Origin: Felis catus | Lineage: Eukaryota | Direction of reading: 5' to 3' | DNA: 64,000 nt | NCBI RefSeq assembly: GCF_018350175.1 | Contig: NC_058374.1 | Span: 101,680,001-101,744,000, forward strand | In this document: positions 11,746 through 23,899 of the stretch, one piece after another | Layout of the letters: each line of letters opens with the position of its first letter | How positions within the stretch are numbered: the first letter of the stretch is position 1 | Program-made: the position numbers and the translations under genes | Notes under the pieces: model-generated | Told to the model about the DNA's origin: nothing | Seen by the model: only the letters and a program-made list of their open reading frames with translations | Database searches by the model: none

Positions 11746-13619
11746 TGTAATTCATTAAATATCAATTATTTAAAGAGCATGCAGTCTTGCAATGAAAAAT
11801 AATTTTAGGGGAATTTTGGAACATATCTTTATGATCTAAATATGCAGTATTTCTTGCTTATAATGCCTTGTTCAATTTTTCAGATGATTTTGTTACTTGA
11901 ATTTGGAGTCCATTAGATTATAGCATATATTTTATGTTAGAAGTTTATATTGTTATTCTTTTATTTGAACTTGGTTATTCCATGGACTGCATTATACTCT
12001 CTTCTTATGGTTAGTTTCTGACTATCAACATTTTCTACATGGAATAAAAAGGACAACTTCTCTTTTCAACTACCATCAGAACCATGCTAAAACCTCTGTG
12101 AGGATTTTTGATTCAGTGTTTATATTTCTTTTCAAGTAGTATTTTCCCACAATTTCAGGTACAATTTATTCCACTTTCTGAGGCCTGGCCTTAATGTATA
12201 CAAAAAAAAAATCAGTTTTGTTTTGCCTGAGATGAATGCAGGAAAGAAAATAATCTGTTTATTTAATGACTTGACTAATATAACACAAAAATCCTGAAGC
12301 TTTTATTCCTCCTTTGGGAATCTGAGTTTGGAAACGTTGTTTTAACCTTCTACTCAGTAGAAACTTCTGTAAAATCTCATGTACAGTCTTTGGATTGCCA
12401 AAGGTGAAGGCTTGGTGCTGTTCTTGACATGAATGAACAGATGATCTTTATTGACATGGTACAACATATCACCAAAGATTGTCTACTATATCAATGCCAG
12501 GGGCCGGAAAAGGGGGACATAAATAACATTGGAGAAGTCATAATTTTGAGCTCTCAACCTCAGGACTCTGGTCTGTAAAGCTCTTTAATCTCTGTGTTGA
12601 GAAAAACACAGAGAGGGAAATAAATGTGTGGTTTGAATTCCCAACTTCTAAAATAGGGAGTGTTGCCCATTTCATATTTTGACTTGGTCCAAAGGATCTC
12701 TGTTTTGAGGCCAACTTTTCCACATATTATATGTGCTTTAAATGGGAACTAGCAATTATGACTTGTCTTGGTCAGAGCCATTTAACCTCACATATACATG
12801 TAATTACCTTTTTAGAATGACATTGCCAACATTTTGTACACAGGGATGGTGACATTGACTTGTTCATGGTGGCTGCTGGAGCCTGATGAGGAAGGCTTTG
12901 AGGGCCAGCAGGAGCTCATTGGCAGAGTACTAAAATCCATCAGTGGTGTCTGCCATCTGCAAAAACACCCCGCATTTGCCCTCTGTTGAAGTTGCCAACT
13001 GGCAGTCTACATTCTGGAAAGTTACATGAACCAGGCTTCCTTGACTGGTTTAGAAGAGAAATCCTTAAGAATTAAAGTATTAATGAAAATTATTATTTTA
13101 GGGGGAAAAAAGAGGCAATTTGCTGTGGGGATTAAGNNNNNNNNNNNNNNNNNNNNNNNNNNNNNNNNNNNNNNNNNNNNNNNNNNNNNNNNNNNNNNNN
13201 NNNNNNNNNNNNNNNNNNNNNNNNNNNNNNNNNNNNNNNNNNNNNNNNNNNNNNNNNNNNNNNNNGGTCTATCTAATCTGTGTGACTTGAACAAGCCATT
13301 AGAATTCTCTGGGTTGCTGTTTCTTCATTGGCAAATTGGGATGGTAATTGTCTTTCCTCAGAAGATTGTTGTGAGGATATTTTCAACCTTTCACTCTGAG
13401 CCATGTACTTTGTGCTACACATTATATTTGTCTTTAGTGAATAAACTGAGTTCTAATGGATAAAATAGATCTGATGGATTAAAAGTTTAGTGGTTGAACT
13501 AGATTTTAGTAGAGTAGCAAGAGTGGTAAATGGTCTTTTACATTGATAAGGCCAAGTTTGTCAGCCTTGGACAATTTCGGCCAAAGTTACATTAATATCA
13601 TCTCCATAGCAGTGAGCAC

Positions 13620-13791
13620 AACTAGTGAATAGATTTTGATTATGAGGGCTCTTGGGAGACATGACTGATTCTGGGACAACTCAATAAATACATATGAGCT
13701 GGAGCATCTTGTAATTCCAGAAAGTAAGGCAGTATTATCACACACACACAATGTGATGGGGGTATGTCAAAGTGACACTGGAGCCAACTGT
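13620..13791 (+). mobile_element. L1MD/L1MC 3' UTR fragment
   Basis: gctggagcatcttgtaattccagaaagtaagg...gatgggggtatgtcaaagtgacactggagccaactg. Confidence 0.7.
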
Positions 13792-14192
13792 TCTATGATT
13801 TTGGTGACTTTTTTGTTGTTGTTCTATGTCTGCCTATGTCTGAGATCTATAATTACTTTTAAATTATTCATCATTATGGCTTATATTTTTCATAGCTTTG
13901 ACTTTCTGAGAGCTTTTGCAAATATCATCAGAATCTCTCTGTAGGCCTCATCCTTAAAGAATAATCTGGTTGATCTGCAACTTGACCGTCTTGTTCAAGG
14001 AACGCTTTGGGGGCAGGGCTTTTTGCTGCATAGACCAGTGGCCATCCTATAGTTTGGTAGTCAATGACATAGCCAACATGACTGTAGGCAACAGGACAGT
14101 GAGGGATATTCATACCAAATAATTCTGAAGAAATTTCAGATTGATTCCTGTCCCCTCAGAAGATACTTACAGATATCCTGTGGGTCAGAAAA
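13792..14192 (-). mobile_element. Probable ERV1 internal (leader) sequence adjoining an LTR
   Basis: Directly downstream of the minus-strand LTR; GTAAGT donor at 14170-14165; abruptly interrupts the L1M fragment. Confidence 0.4.
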
Positions 14193-14755
14193 TGAAGGAA
14201 CTTTTTCGCGCAGTTACCTTTAGTTAAGTGGAATAAATAAGCCCACCAACCCAATCAAGGAGGGACACAGGGACCCAGAGCACAGTGAAACAAGGCTTTA
14301 ATCAATGTTCTTGCAAGAGTGAGTGTCCGATGGACAGGCACACTCAGGGCAGTTACCACAGACAATTTATCTCCTAGTGTTCATGTCCATCCCCGGATTC
14401 CTCATTGGCTGAGTACTACAGAGGTTACAGCCCTATCTGGAGGTCACCTATGCCCATGTAAGGCAAAAAGTAGTCTGACTGGAACAAATGTACATTCCCT
14501 GAGGTGACACAGAGACTTTGATTCCCTCCTTCATTTGTTCTTTGGTGCATGCTCATTGCAAATCCCGTGAAAGTAAGCCCAAAAAATGAAGAGGGAAAGA
14601 ACCAGGAAGTGAAGTGTCTAAGGGTTTGGGACTCCATTGTTGGGGGGAGTGGAAAGGGTCGTACATATTTCCAATAGGTTGTAAACCTACGGTTTACTAG
14701 ATAGCACAGCTTTTATTTGGTATTTCTGAAAATGAATCATCATTCTTATTTCTCA
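14193..14755 (-). mobile_element. ERV1-type LTR (carnivore)
   Basis: TG...CA ends; on the minus strand CCAAT (~14406), GATAAA (~14367) and ATTAAA (~14300) lie in U3-R order; boundaries uncertain and no TSD seen. Confidence 0.65.
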
Positions 14756-14778
14756 TATTAAGGATTGGGGGCATTGTA

Positions 14779-15018
14779 GGGGTGCCTGGGTGGCTTGGTC
14801 GGTTGGGTTTCTGGGTGAGTCATCTCAGGTCCTAATCTCGCAGTTAGTGAGTTCGAGCCCTGTGTCTGTCTCTGTGCTGACAGCTGGGAGCCTGGAGCCT
14901 GCTTCAGATTCTGTGTCTCCCTCTCTCTCTCTGCCCCTCCCGTGCTCAAGCTCTATCTCTGTCTCTGTCTCTCTCAAAAACAAACAAACATTAAAAATTT
15001 TTCTAAAAAAAAAAAAAA
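14779..15018 (+). mobile_element. CanSINE (SINEC_Fc family)
   Basis: ggggtgcctgggtggct head, CT tract, poly-A; TSD aaggattgggggcattgta/aaggatgggagcattgta. Confidence 0.97.
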
Positions 15019-15134
15019 GGATGGGAGCATTGTAGGCTATACTCCTGAATGCCACTTGCCTATGCCACTACCTTCAGCAGAAGGCAGCAATGGACCTGAA
15101 CATTTTCTTCAGAATGGCCTGTGGGCACTGCAAG

Positions 15135-15752
15135 TGATGTGGTTTTGGAGTGATGGGGGTCTGGAGCTGATGGTCAAGCAAGAATTCTGGAAATGTCTTT
15201 GGTGCAACAAGGTGATTTTATTAAAGCCTGGGGAAAGGACCCATGGGCAGAAGAAGCTGCACTGGGGTTGCAGTGGGTGACTGATTATATACCTTCAGAT
15301 TGGGAGGGGGTTAGGCATAGTGTAAGTCTCTAAGGAGTTTTGGAAGCAAGGTTTCCAGGGCCTTGAGGGGGCTAGCTATTGTTAGGAAAACAATTTGTTT
15401 ATTGTTTTTGTTTAGTAAAAACTCAGGCATGAGACACTTAAGATGTATGTTGGTGGACCATAAGCTTGGGATATGATTGCCAGTCTATATCTTGGTGGTC
15501 TATATCGGGGGGGGGGGCGCAGATAGAAATAAGGGAAGTTTCTGAAGGAATTTTTATTGTTAAAGTAGATTTACAGGATCCTGGAGGGTCAGGATAACGT
15601 TAAGCTAAGATTCCCTTTTGCCCATAGCAAAGTGTCATCATCATCGAGGCAGCTGAGCTCCTAGAGGATGGTCAGTCTGCCTCTTTCAAGGACTTGTCAA
15701 TGGGTTGTAGACAGGGAATTTAATTTTTCGTTTGCCTTTGTTTCCCATATCA
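15135..15752 (-). mobile_element. Solo ERV1 LTR (CarLTR1-like)
   Basis: Inverted termini TGATGTGG...CCATATCA, 5-bp TSD GCAAG (15130-15134, 15753-15757), minus-strand TATATAA (~15288) and AATAAA (~15220). Confidence 0.9.
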
Positions 15753-16955
15753 GCAAGTGCACTGGTTATTTTTTATCTCTCTCCTACCTTTGCCATTCCT
15801 CCCAAGACTAGAAATAAGTTAATAATACAGTAATAAAGTGTAAAGTTTGTTAAGAATTAGGGCCCAACTATGCATACAAGGCAGTTTTGTGATAGGTGCA
15901 CAAGGAAGCTTGGAAACCACATATTCCTTAGAAAACCCTAGTGATGGAAGAACCAGTAAGCTCTGAGCATGGGACTTTTATTCCTGGAGTGAGACATGCC
16001 ATTAGAGGCGTATGGTTTTCTCCTCTTTTTTACCTAGATGTTTTTTAGAGGTCCTATTGTGCAGTCACATTCCTTTCATTCAGATTCTTTTCGATCATTA
16101 GCAGTTCATCAGTGGTCTTCCTTAACTCCATAATAGTCCCCCAGCCAAGAGGTTAAGGCTTCTAAATACAGCACTGTGGTTTATTCTGATTATTTAATTT
16201 CCATCATTAATAAGTTGCCATTTTTATGATTGCAAATTTTTCTTTTATTTCATGCCTTTCAGTTTGAGTTTGATTCCCTATGTTTACTAACTATGTGTAA
16301 CTAACTAAATGTGTAACTAACATTTTTTGGTGTGCACTGGGGGAATTTTTATAATGTTTTAAATAAAAACATAAATATAATAAAAACATTTGACTCCATT
16401 ACTACGTATTATAATTATTGGGATTTCATTAAACTGTGTTGTACAAATATGACTTCTAAAGAATTCTCCGTAATAGAGATTGGTTTCCTTCAGAATTTGT
16501 ATCAAAGAACATCAAAATCGAGTCTAATATTAGAAAGGAACTCACAAAAGAAGGCCAGAAATTGTAATTTTCTACCAACTCCATCTAAGGTATACTCTGT
16601 TAAATAAAGCATAAAATTTACTGGCAAACGTAATGCTATAAGATTCTATATATACTCAGGGTATTTTTGACTAGTTTTTCTTCTTATTTTTTATAGTTAA
16701 AATTCAAATGCTAAAAGCGCATTTGCATTTTTTTTTTTTATTTAAAAGGTATACTGGTTAAATTTTACACACTGTGATGATAAAGTTTATTTTTCACCTT
16801 GATGTGACCATGGAGACTTGAATATCTTCTTTTTATTTCTTCTCTGAGATAAATTCTATTTCATCAAAGCTCAAAGGTAATAAAGACCCCAGGCACTGCA
16901 GTACTTATTATTTCTTTAAGTGTAGAATTGGCAACAATTCCAATTCCAGTTTGAA

Positions 16956-16957
<2 letters not shown>

Positions 16958-17010
<53 letters not shown>
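16958..17010. repeat. (CA)n microsatellite with (TA)n end
   Basis: Direct reading. Confidence 0.97.
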
Positions 17011-17960
17011 GTCCAGCAAGTTGTATCACATATGAATTTACTCATGTGGATTGTTTATTGAAAACAGGTAATAATTGCTGTTACTGTTATTATTAAAGAT
17101 GAGTACTTGGAACCACATTAATGATCTTATATTACATAGGGCTTTTCCAAAGTCTTAATGGATGTGTTTTGCTTTTTTTAATAAATAGAATATTTAAATG
17201 CATAAAATTTAAATAGATGAGCTGCTTGAATACTATTCTTTCTAAAACAGAATTCTTTCTCAAGTTGTCTCTATTAGTCCCTCATTATCTCTGACAGCTA
17301 ATATTTACTTTGTATCCTCAAGCACTTGGCCAAGAGATAGAAACCATATTAGGCTCAACCCAACTAAAGGTCTAGTTCTAAAATAGGGAACTGTTGTCAG
17401 TTTTATCAATTCCCACTTGGCTGTCTGAGTCATGTCCTACTTGTGTTTCCAATGTGACCAACATCATTCAGATCCTTGCACCCTTCTTTCCTAAAGTTTC
17501 AGTAGCTCTTTGAACTATTAGTTCAATAGCCTTGAACTATTCAAGGCATCCTACTCATGGCTTCAAAATTAACATATTCAAGCACATTTTCCAATCATGT
17601 AACTTTCTTACACATGAAAAGTACTACTGAATAGTAGTTTAATTAATGTAGTCATTTAATTAAGTCATTTAATTTAACTCAATGATTATTTAATAAAGAG
17701 ATATGGTAAGTACTTACTAAATTAAGGAATTGTGTTTGGTCTTGCTAATATAAAGATGAATAAAAGAACATTCTTGGCTTTGAGATGTTTACAGATTCCT
17801 GGGGGGAAAATATGTAGTATTTACTATGTATAATTTATAGAAATTAAATCCATAATATATGGCTATATTGATATGCCTGTATGTATATTTAAATACACAT
17901 ATAGACATTATGAAGTGACACAGAGTTAGGATATGTAGAGTGGGTATAAACCTGAGTCCA

Positions 17961-18019
17961 CAGATGATTCTTACATTTAAATAAATGATTTAAAAAAAAT
18001 TAAAAAATAAAAATTAAAA
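17961..18019 (+). other. Tiny poly(A)-tailed retro-insertion with 15-bp TSD
   Basis: ataaacctgagtcca at 17946-17960 and 18020-18034 flank a ~31-nt body containing AATAAA plus an A-rich tail. Confidence 0.75.
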
Positions 18020-18175
18020 ATAAACCTGAGTCCAAAATAACATTGTACCTCATATAAACATTCGATTTCCAGTCTGAGCTTTCATGCTACTCACATGACA
18101 GAACTGTAATAACGGGTTGAACACTGTCCCCTTTACTAGGGTTGTGGATAATTCTGGAAGCTTATGTACTATCTC

Positions 18176-18904
18176 TGCTATAGACTCAATGTGTCTCCCC
18201 AAAATTTCTATGTAGAAACCTCATTCCCACTGTGATAGTATTCACAGGTGGGGCCTTTGGAATGTGATTAGGTCATGAGGGCATTGCTCCTATGAATAGG
18301 ATTAGTGCTCCTGTAAAGAGATCCCAAGGAAGACAGCTGGAAATCATGATTGGCAAACCGGCGCCAAGGCCCATAAGGACAGTAGGACTAGAAGGAGTCT
18401 GATGGGAACCACCATTTCAATCTCCTCATCAGTGACATAGGTCTGGAAAGCTCTGGCTCTAGGAATATGATCTGGTAAACTAGGGCAGGGCCTATCCAAC
18501 AGGCCAGGAGGGCCCGACTGAAGGCAGGTGTGTGGGTGAAAACTATGTAGGTGCCTGCCTGATGACTCAGCATTCAGGCTCCTTAAGATCAGTCCTGGGT
18601 CTGGGGTAGGTAGAAGTAGGTCATGTCGCAAGCAGGGGCTTCTGGGGGCCACACCTGGTGTGGTCTGCCTGCCAGTTTCTATTTTAAAAAAAGGAGAGAA
18701 AATATAGACACCCCAGACAGCTTCCTTGCTCTTTTTGTGTGAGGACATGGTGAACAATTGGCCATCTATGAACTTGGAAACGGGCTCTCCCCAGATGCTA
18801 AATGTGACTGCATCTTGATCTTGGACTTCCCAGCCTCCAGAAACATGAGAAACAGTCACATAGTCTATGGTATTTTTGTTACAGCAGTCTGAAGGGACTA
18901 AATA
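18176..18904 (+). mobile_element. MLT1A-like MaLR LTR, split by an insertion at ~18329-18703
   Basis: 5' half ggtggggcctttggaatgtgattaggtcatgaggg; 3' half cttgatcttggacttcccagcctccagaa...ctatggtatttttgttacagcag. Confidence 0.9.
18329..18703 (+). pseudogene. Candidate processed-pseudogene fragment, parent gene not recognised
   Basis: GC-rich non-repeat sequence inside MLT1A, A-rich 3' end, degenerate duplication of the LTR motif aagagaccccag on both sides. Confidence 0.55.
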
Positions 18905-19789
18905 ATTCCTGTAGAGGGGGGCATATGGTCTTATGTGTTGTCTGAGTATGCAGGTATTCACTTAATTGAGCCGTCTGGTCCACACAAGTCTCTTAAAACA
19001 TGCTTTATTCTTGTTTACCTGGCCACATCAGGTCTGATCTGACAGTCTTCTAATTTTTTCTTGTTACTCCTAATTCTGTGTCTATTCTCTTCAACCTACC
19101 TTTCTCAAAGAATTTGTTTGTGCTTAAAATTCTCTCCTTCCCCCTAAAGTGACTACAAAGCTTTTACAAATTGTAGCTAAGTGACTTCTCTTTTGCTTTG
19201 CTTTCCACTCCCTGAGTAGGAACTGAACAGCCCAATCACATGAGTAGAAAGGCCATGGGGAGGCAATGTGTGAGGGCAGAGCAGGAGCCGAGAAGCAGAG
19301 GGCGAAAGAGGAAATTAGCAAGGGGGAAATTATTTACAATTTCAAAAATATTGTTCTACCCCTTATAACCTGCATGGTAGACATTAGAGATGTAACCGCA
19401 TACTGGTCCCTGTGTACTACAGCAGGAGTTGTAACCCTATCATGTCACCTACAACACTTTTCAGAGCCATGGGCAGAAGTGGCATGTGCCATAATGCAAA
19501 GGCCCTCAGATATTTCCAATAATGCCAAATATTAACAGTATTTATGCATTTCCATCTAATTACATTAAACTCAGTACTGTTAGCTGAGGTCTCATATTCT
19601 AGACACCTGTTAAAGAAACTTTTTCAGAAATCTGTAATCTGATACAGAACTGAAGCCTTTTATTTTTAAACCAATATCCACCCTGGTGTATTATAAAATA
19701 TTGGTCAGTTAACCATGAGCGGTACTCTATGATCTTGATGTTCACTATTGCTTTCTAATCTGCTAACACAGATGATGATGGTAAGGATG

Positions 19790-19995
19790 ATAATTCTTTT
19801 AACTTCTTTATGGAGTATTTTGTTCCAGCCATAAATAAAATAATTTTATATGAATTACCTTATTTGACTCCAATAATGATACTGGTATACTTTTATTATA
19901 TTGATTTTATATATGAAAAATTAAGGCCTCAAGGGGTAAAATAACTTATGCAAAATTACAGTTAATTATCTGAACTCTACTTTTAGACCCCAGCA
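19790..19995 (-). mobile_element. MIR
   Basis: attttatatatgaaaaattaaggcctcaaggggtaaaataacttatgcaaaattacag. Confidence 0.6.
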
Positions 19996-21914
19996 ATTAT
20001 GTCAAGTTTTGGGGAGGTCGTGGAGGGACAAATGGACATAGTTTATATATATCTCAATCGTGGAGTGTTGCATATTGAGAATAGGTAATGCATCTTAATC
20101 TTTCAGCATGTTGACTGGACCTACAAACAATTCAAGCAACGTTATTAAATTTTTCTTGAAATGATTTGGGAGTAACTATACGTGGAATAATAGTTGTGCA
20201 AAGATTTTATTTCAGGTATAAATAATGTAGCATAGGTGGCGTTGAGGCATTACATCTCACAAATTACTAGTGACCAGTGATGTGATTAATCATGGTGTTG
20301 CTGCCATGGACAAGAATATTGCTTGACTCTCTTTTTACCTTCTAATAACCTCAGTTACCTTTTTTCTTCATACACGCTTTGTGATCCTTTTTGCCTCCCT
20401 TCTTTTTATAACGTAATCTTTCTCTCTCTCCCTCTGTCTCTGTGTCTCCCCATCCTTTTTGCTTCAGATTGTCCAGCAATTTTCCTTTGTTTCTCTTTCT
20501 CTGTATCACCGGTCTCCTAGCCTGTTAGAATTGGTGGTAGCATTGCATTTGGGAGCATGCCCAGGATTTTTTTTATTTTTCACATAGAGCCTTGAGGATT
20601 GACTTTTCCCACCAAGATGTTAATTGGACAATATAAATTTTAACAGATGAAAATAGGTGGGAACACTCTTCTGGCCCTAAAATTCTGAAAATTCAGGAGG
20701 AAATACTTCAATTTATGTGTAGGAAAATTGTTTTTCATTGTGGAATCATTTTTCTAAAAATTACATTCACATCGAGATATGTTTCATAATAATAACTTGC
20801 TATTATGATGATAATGATGATGATGGAGATTATGTTACTTCTTGAGAACAGCTATGTTCCTCTTCCTTGTGTTTCTAACATCCAGCAGAGTGATTGGCAC
20901 ATGGTAGGTGCTTCAACAAGTATTGAAGAAAAGAATACATGATAATTAACTATAACTGCAACAATTATGTAAGTATTAAAATATAATAATAATTACAGTG
21001 TGTGAATCTGTACTCCTTTTTTGGGCAATATACCTGTTGACAATGCTCAAACTCGGGTCTTATCTAGTCTGGAAGACTTGTGGATAGAAATTCGTACATA
21101 CCTGTACCTCATAAATGCATCCCAAACCTAATTTAATCATAACTTAAATACTTGCCTCCTTCTGGAAGCCCAATGTTGATGGCACTATGCACAAATCCAT
21201 AGGACTCTCCAAAGAAGCCCAACACAGCTGCTTCATTGTCTGAGAATATCCCAGGATTAAAGCTTTGGGGACTTTCTTTTCTGTTTGCAGGCATGTTTTA
21301 GCTGGCCTACTTGAAATATTGTTAAGGCTTAGGAAATCCATAATTATTATCTGAGAATTCTATGTTTATATTTTTGGTTATAGCAAAGAGACATTAAAAT
21401 TTGGCTTATAAAGGACTCTGAATGCCAGATTATTAATATTTTACAAAACCGAAGATCAAATCCAGAAGCAAAGGAGTTTATTACCCTTACTAAAATAAAA
21501 TTACTAATGTGCAAATATGAGAAAGGTCATTGTGTTTGATACTTGCATTATGCATTAAGAAATAACGCTTCTTTTGAAGTGCTTATTATAATGATTTGCC
21601 ATGGGACTGAGTTATGAAATCACTGTGTATAATTAAAATACAGTCTTTGTTTCCTATAGTAACACACTAGAGGTTTAATATGACCTAGGACACACCCTTG
21701 GCTATTGTGAACATACTTCATGTTTAGAGAAGAAAACAGAATTACCTATCTATGCACCAGATGAGTAATCTCATAATAAAACATAATTGCCATGAGACAG
21801 TTGACATCTCAATATGATCTGATTTCTTCCTATCTGGTACAAGATTATTTCATGGGCTTTACCATGGGAGTGTTACATTAGAAGGTTATAGAAAAAAAAA
21901 AAAAAACATAGAGT

Positions 21915-22067
21915 GGTATTGTGATCTGATCTACAAACTTAGAGTCCGAGCACAAGAATTCGCATTCTGATTTTCTTTCTTCTCCTTCTGAGGAAACTGG
22001 GCAGATATCAACCTTCCTGAGGCAACAATTCCTCATCTTTAAATGGTGGAAACAGTATCTGCTCACC

Positions 22068-22122
<55 letters not shown>

Positions 22123-22205
22123 TACTTCTGGACTGAACTAAAAGAAATAAATTGTAAAGTGACATAAAATGCTGGTTAAACGTCACAAGTACTAATTTTC
22201 ATTAT
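21915..22205 (+). mobile_element. MIR containing a (CA)n expansion
   Basis: aaactgggcagatatcaaccttcctgaggcaacaattcctcatctttaaatgg. Confidence 0.6.
22070..22120. repeat. (CA)n microsatellite
   Basis: Direct reading. Confidence 0.97.
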
Positions 22206-22339
22206 TACAAAGGACTAATAAGAGGGAGACATTGTCTGTGACCGCACTAAGGTAAACATGGCTCCTAAGATACTTGCTGACTTCTCTATGACTCTTGCAG
22301 AATCTGTTACAGTTCTGAACGATATTTGTCCAAACGTGA

Positions 22340-22564
22340 TTTTTTTAAAAGTTTATTTGTTTATTTTGGGAGAGAGAGAAAGCTGCAGAGAAATCACATG
22401 AGCAGAGGAGGGGCAGAGAGACAGAGGGAGAGAGAGAATCCTAAGCAGGTTTGCACTGTCACCACAGAGCCCTATGTGGGGCTTGATCTCAGGAAATGTG
22501 AGATCATGAGCTGAGTTGAAATCAAGAGTCTGTTGCTTACCCAAATGAGTCCCCCAGGCGCTCC
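22340..22564 (-). mobile_element. CanSINE
   Basis: Poly-T, GA tract, gtgagatcatgagctgagttgaaatcaagagtc, cccaggcgctcc. Confidence 0.93.
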
Positions 22565-23244
22565 TGTGAAAATGTGGCTTTAGTTTTAGTTCTTAATCTG
22601 ATGTTTTCAATTTTTTGTGTGTGCCACTCTTTGGGAACCAGGCAGATTTCCCAAGCATTTTACCATTTACCTTTTAGCATCTATGCAAGAGACTTATGTG
22701 TGCTATTTTTGAAAGGTTTCTGAGGTAATACTTGGACTAATTTTATCCTTTCTATTGATTATTTTCGTTGGTTCAGTTAAGAAGTTGCCACATTACTTAG
22801 TGAGTCCAAAACTGAGTATCCTGTTTGTGTATCTGTAATAGGTAATGGATAATAATTATCAGCTCAAGGCCAGCAGTATTCACTTGAGAGTAAAAATTAT
22901 ATTGATTTTCTGACTTGATTAAAAATACCTTCTTCAGAAAACGTTAGGACAATTTCTTCTACTTCTTTCTCTTTGTAACTGTCATATCTCAGTTCCACAA
23001 ATTCAGAGTAAAAATGAGCTTAGAGTCATATTGAGGACAATTATCTCGATATTATATGTTTAGTTATTTAAATCATTTCTGTACTTGAGAAGATGTGGAA
23101 TTATTTCTGTACTTGTGTACTTGAGAAATCATTTCTGTACTTTCTTAATTAATGAAATTATTTTCTATATACTTTAATGAAATAAACCTTTATATCCTGT
23201 GCAGGCACAACTAGAGTATTTAACAAAATATCTGGAGAATATGG

Positions 23245-23430
23245 ATTTAGCAGTCCTGGATTACCAGCTGCGTAACCTGGGGGAGTTAGCTAACCTCTCT
23301 GACCTTCAGTTTTCTCTTGCGTAAAGTAAGAGAAGTAATAATACCTTATCTAGTCACACAGATTTGTGGCAAAGAACAAATGATGCTTATACATTGTATG
23401 TGGATGTACTATAAAGTATTACATATGATA
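23245..23430 (+). mobile_element. MIR
   Basis: taccagctgcgtaacctggg...aacctctctgaccttcagttttctc. Confidence 0.75.
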
Positions 23431-23435
23431 CATAC

Positions 23436-23720
23436 TTTTTTTTAAATATGAAATTTATTGTCAACTTGGTTTCCATTCAACACCCAGTGCTCATCCCAAC
23501 AGGTGCCCTCCTCAATGCCCATCAGCCACCTTCCCCTCCCTCCCATCCCCCATCAACCCTCAGTTTGTTCTCAGTTTTTAAGAGTCTCTTATGTTTTGGC
23601 TCCTTCCCTCTCTAACCTTGTTTTTTTTTTCCTTCCCCTCCCCCATGGGTTTCTGTTAAGTTTCTCAGGATCCACATAAGAGTGAAAACATATCGTATCT
23701 GTCTTTCTCTGTATGACTTA
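23436..23720 (-). mobile_element. Felid L1 (L1_Fc-like) 3' UTR
   Basis: Poly-T then aatttattgtcaa...caacacccagtgctcatcccaac...ccctcagtttgttctcagtttttaagagtctctta. Confidence 0.93.
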
Positions 23721-23899
23721 TAACAGTGGGTATCTGTATCACACTACAAACACTTAAATACATTTCAATATGAAATACATTTCAATATTTTGAAATGCCT
23801 TTTTTGAAAGAAAGGCTACCAATTTCTGGCTATCATTTTTGTTTCTATACCTCTGTATAAGTAAGCATCATTTGATCTCCTGTCTTCACTTCTTGTAGT

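Noticed and set aside
14758-15280. ORFs with AQVMIS/LEPASDSVSPSLS-type peptides (also 22.3, 42.3, 46.6, 55.4, 56.3 and 60.6 kb)
   Set aside because: These are translations of CanSINE sequence.
18344-18961. 205-aa minus-strand ORF, the longest gap-free ORF in the track
   Set aside because: It is a chimera running through flank, antisense MLT1A and the insert; no ATG at the listed start and no recognisable domain.
21156-21239. 84-nt minus-strand exon candidate with a GC donor (GAG|GCAAGT), frame NEAAVLGFFGESYGFVHSAINIGLPEG
   Set aside because: The acceptor has a weak pyrimidine tract, the donor is non-canonical, and I recognise no homologue or partner exons.
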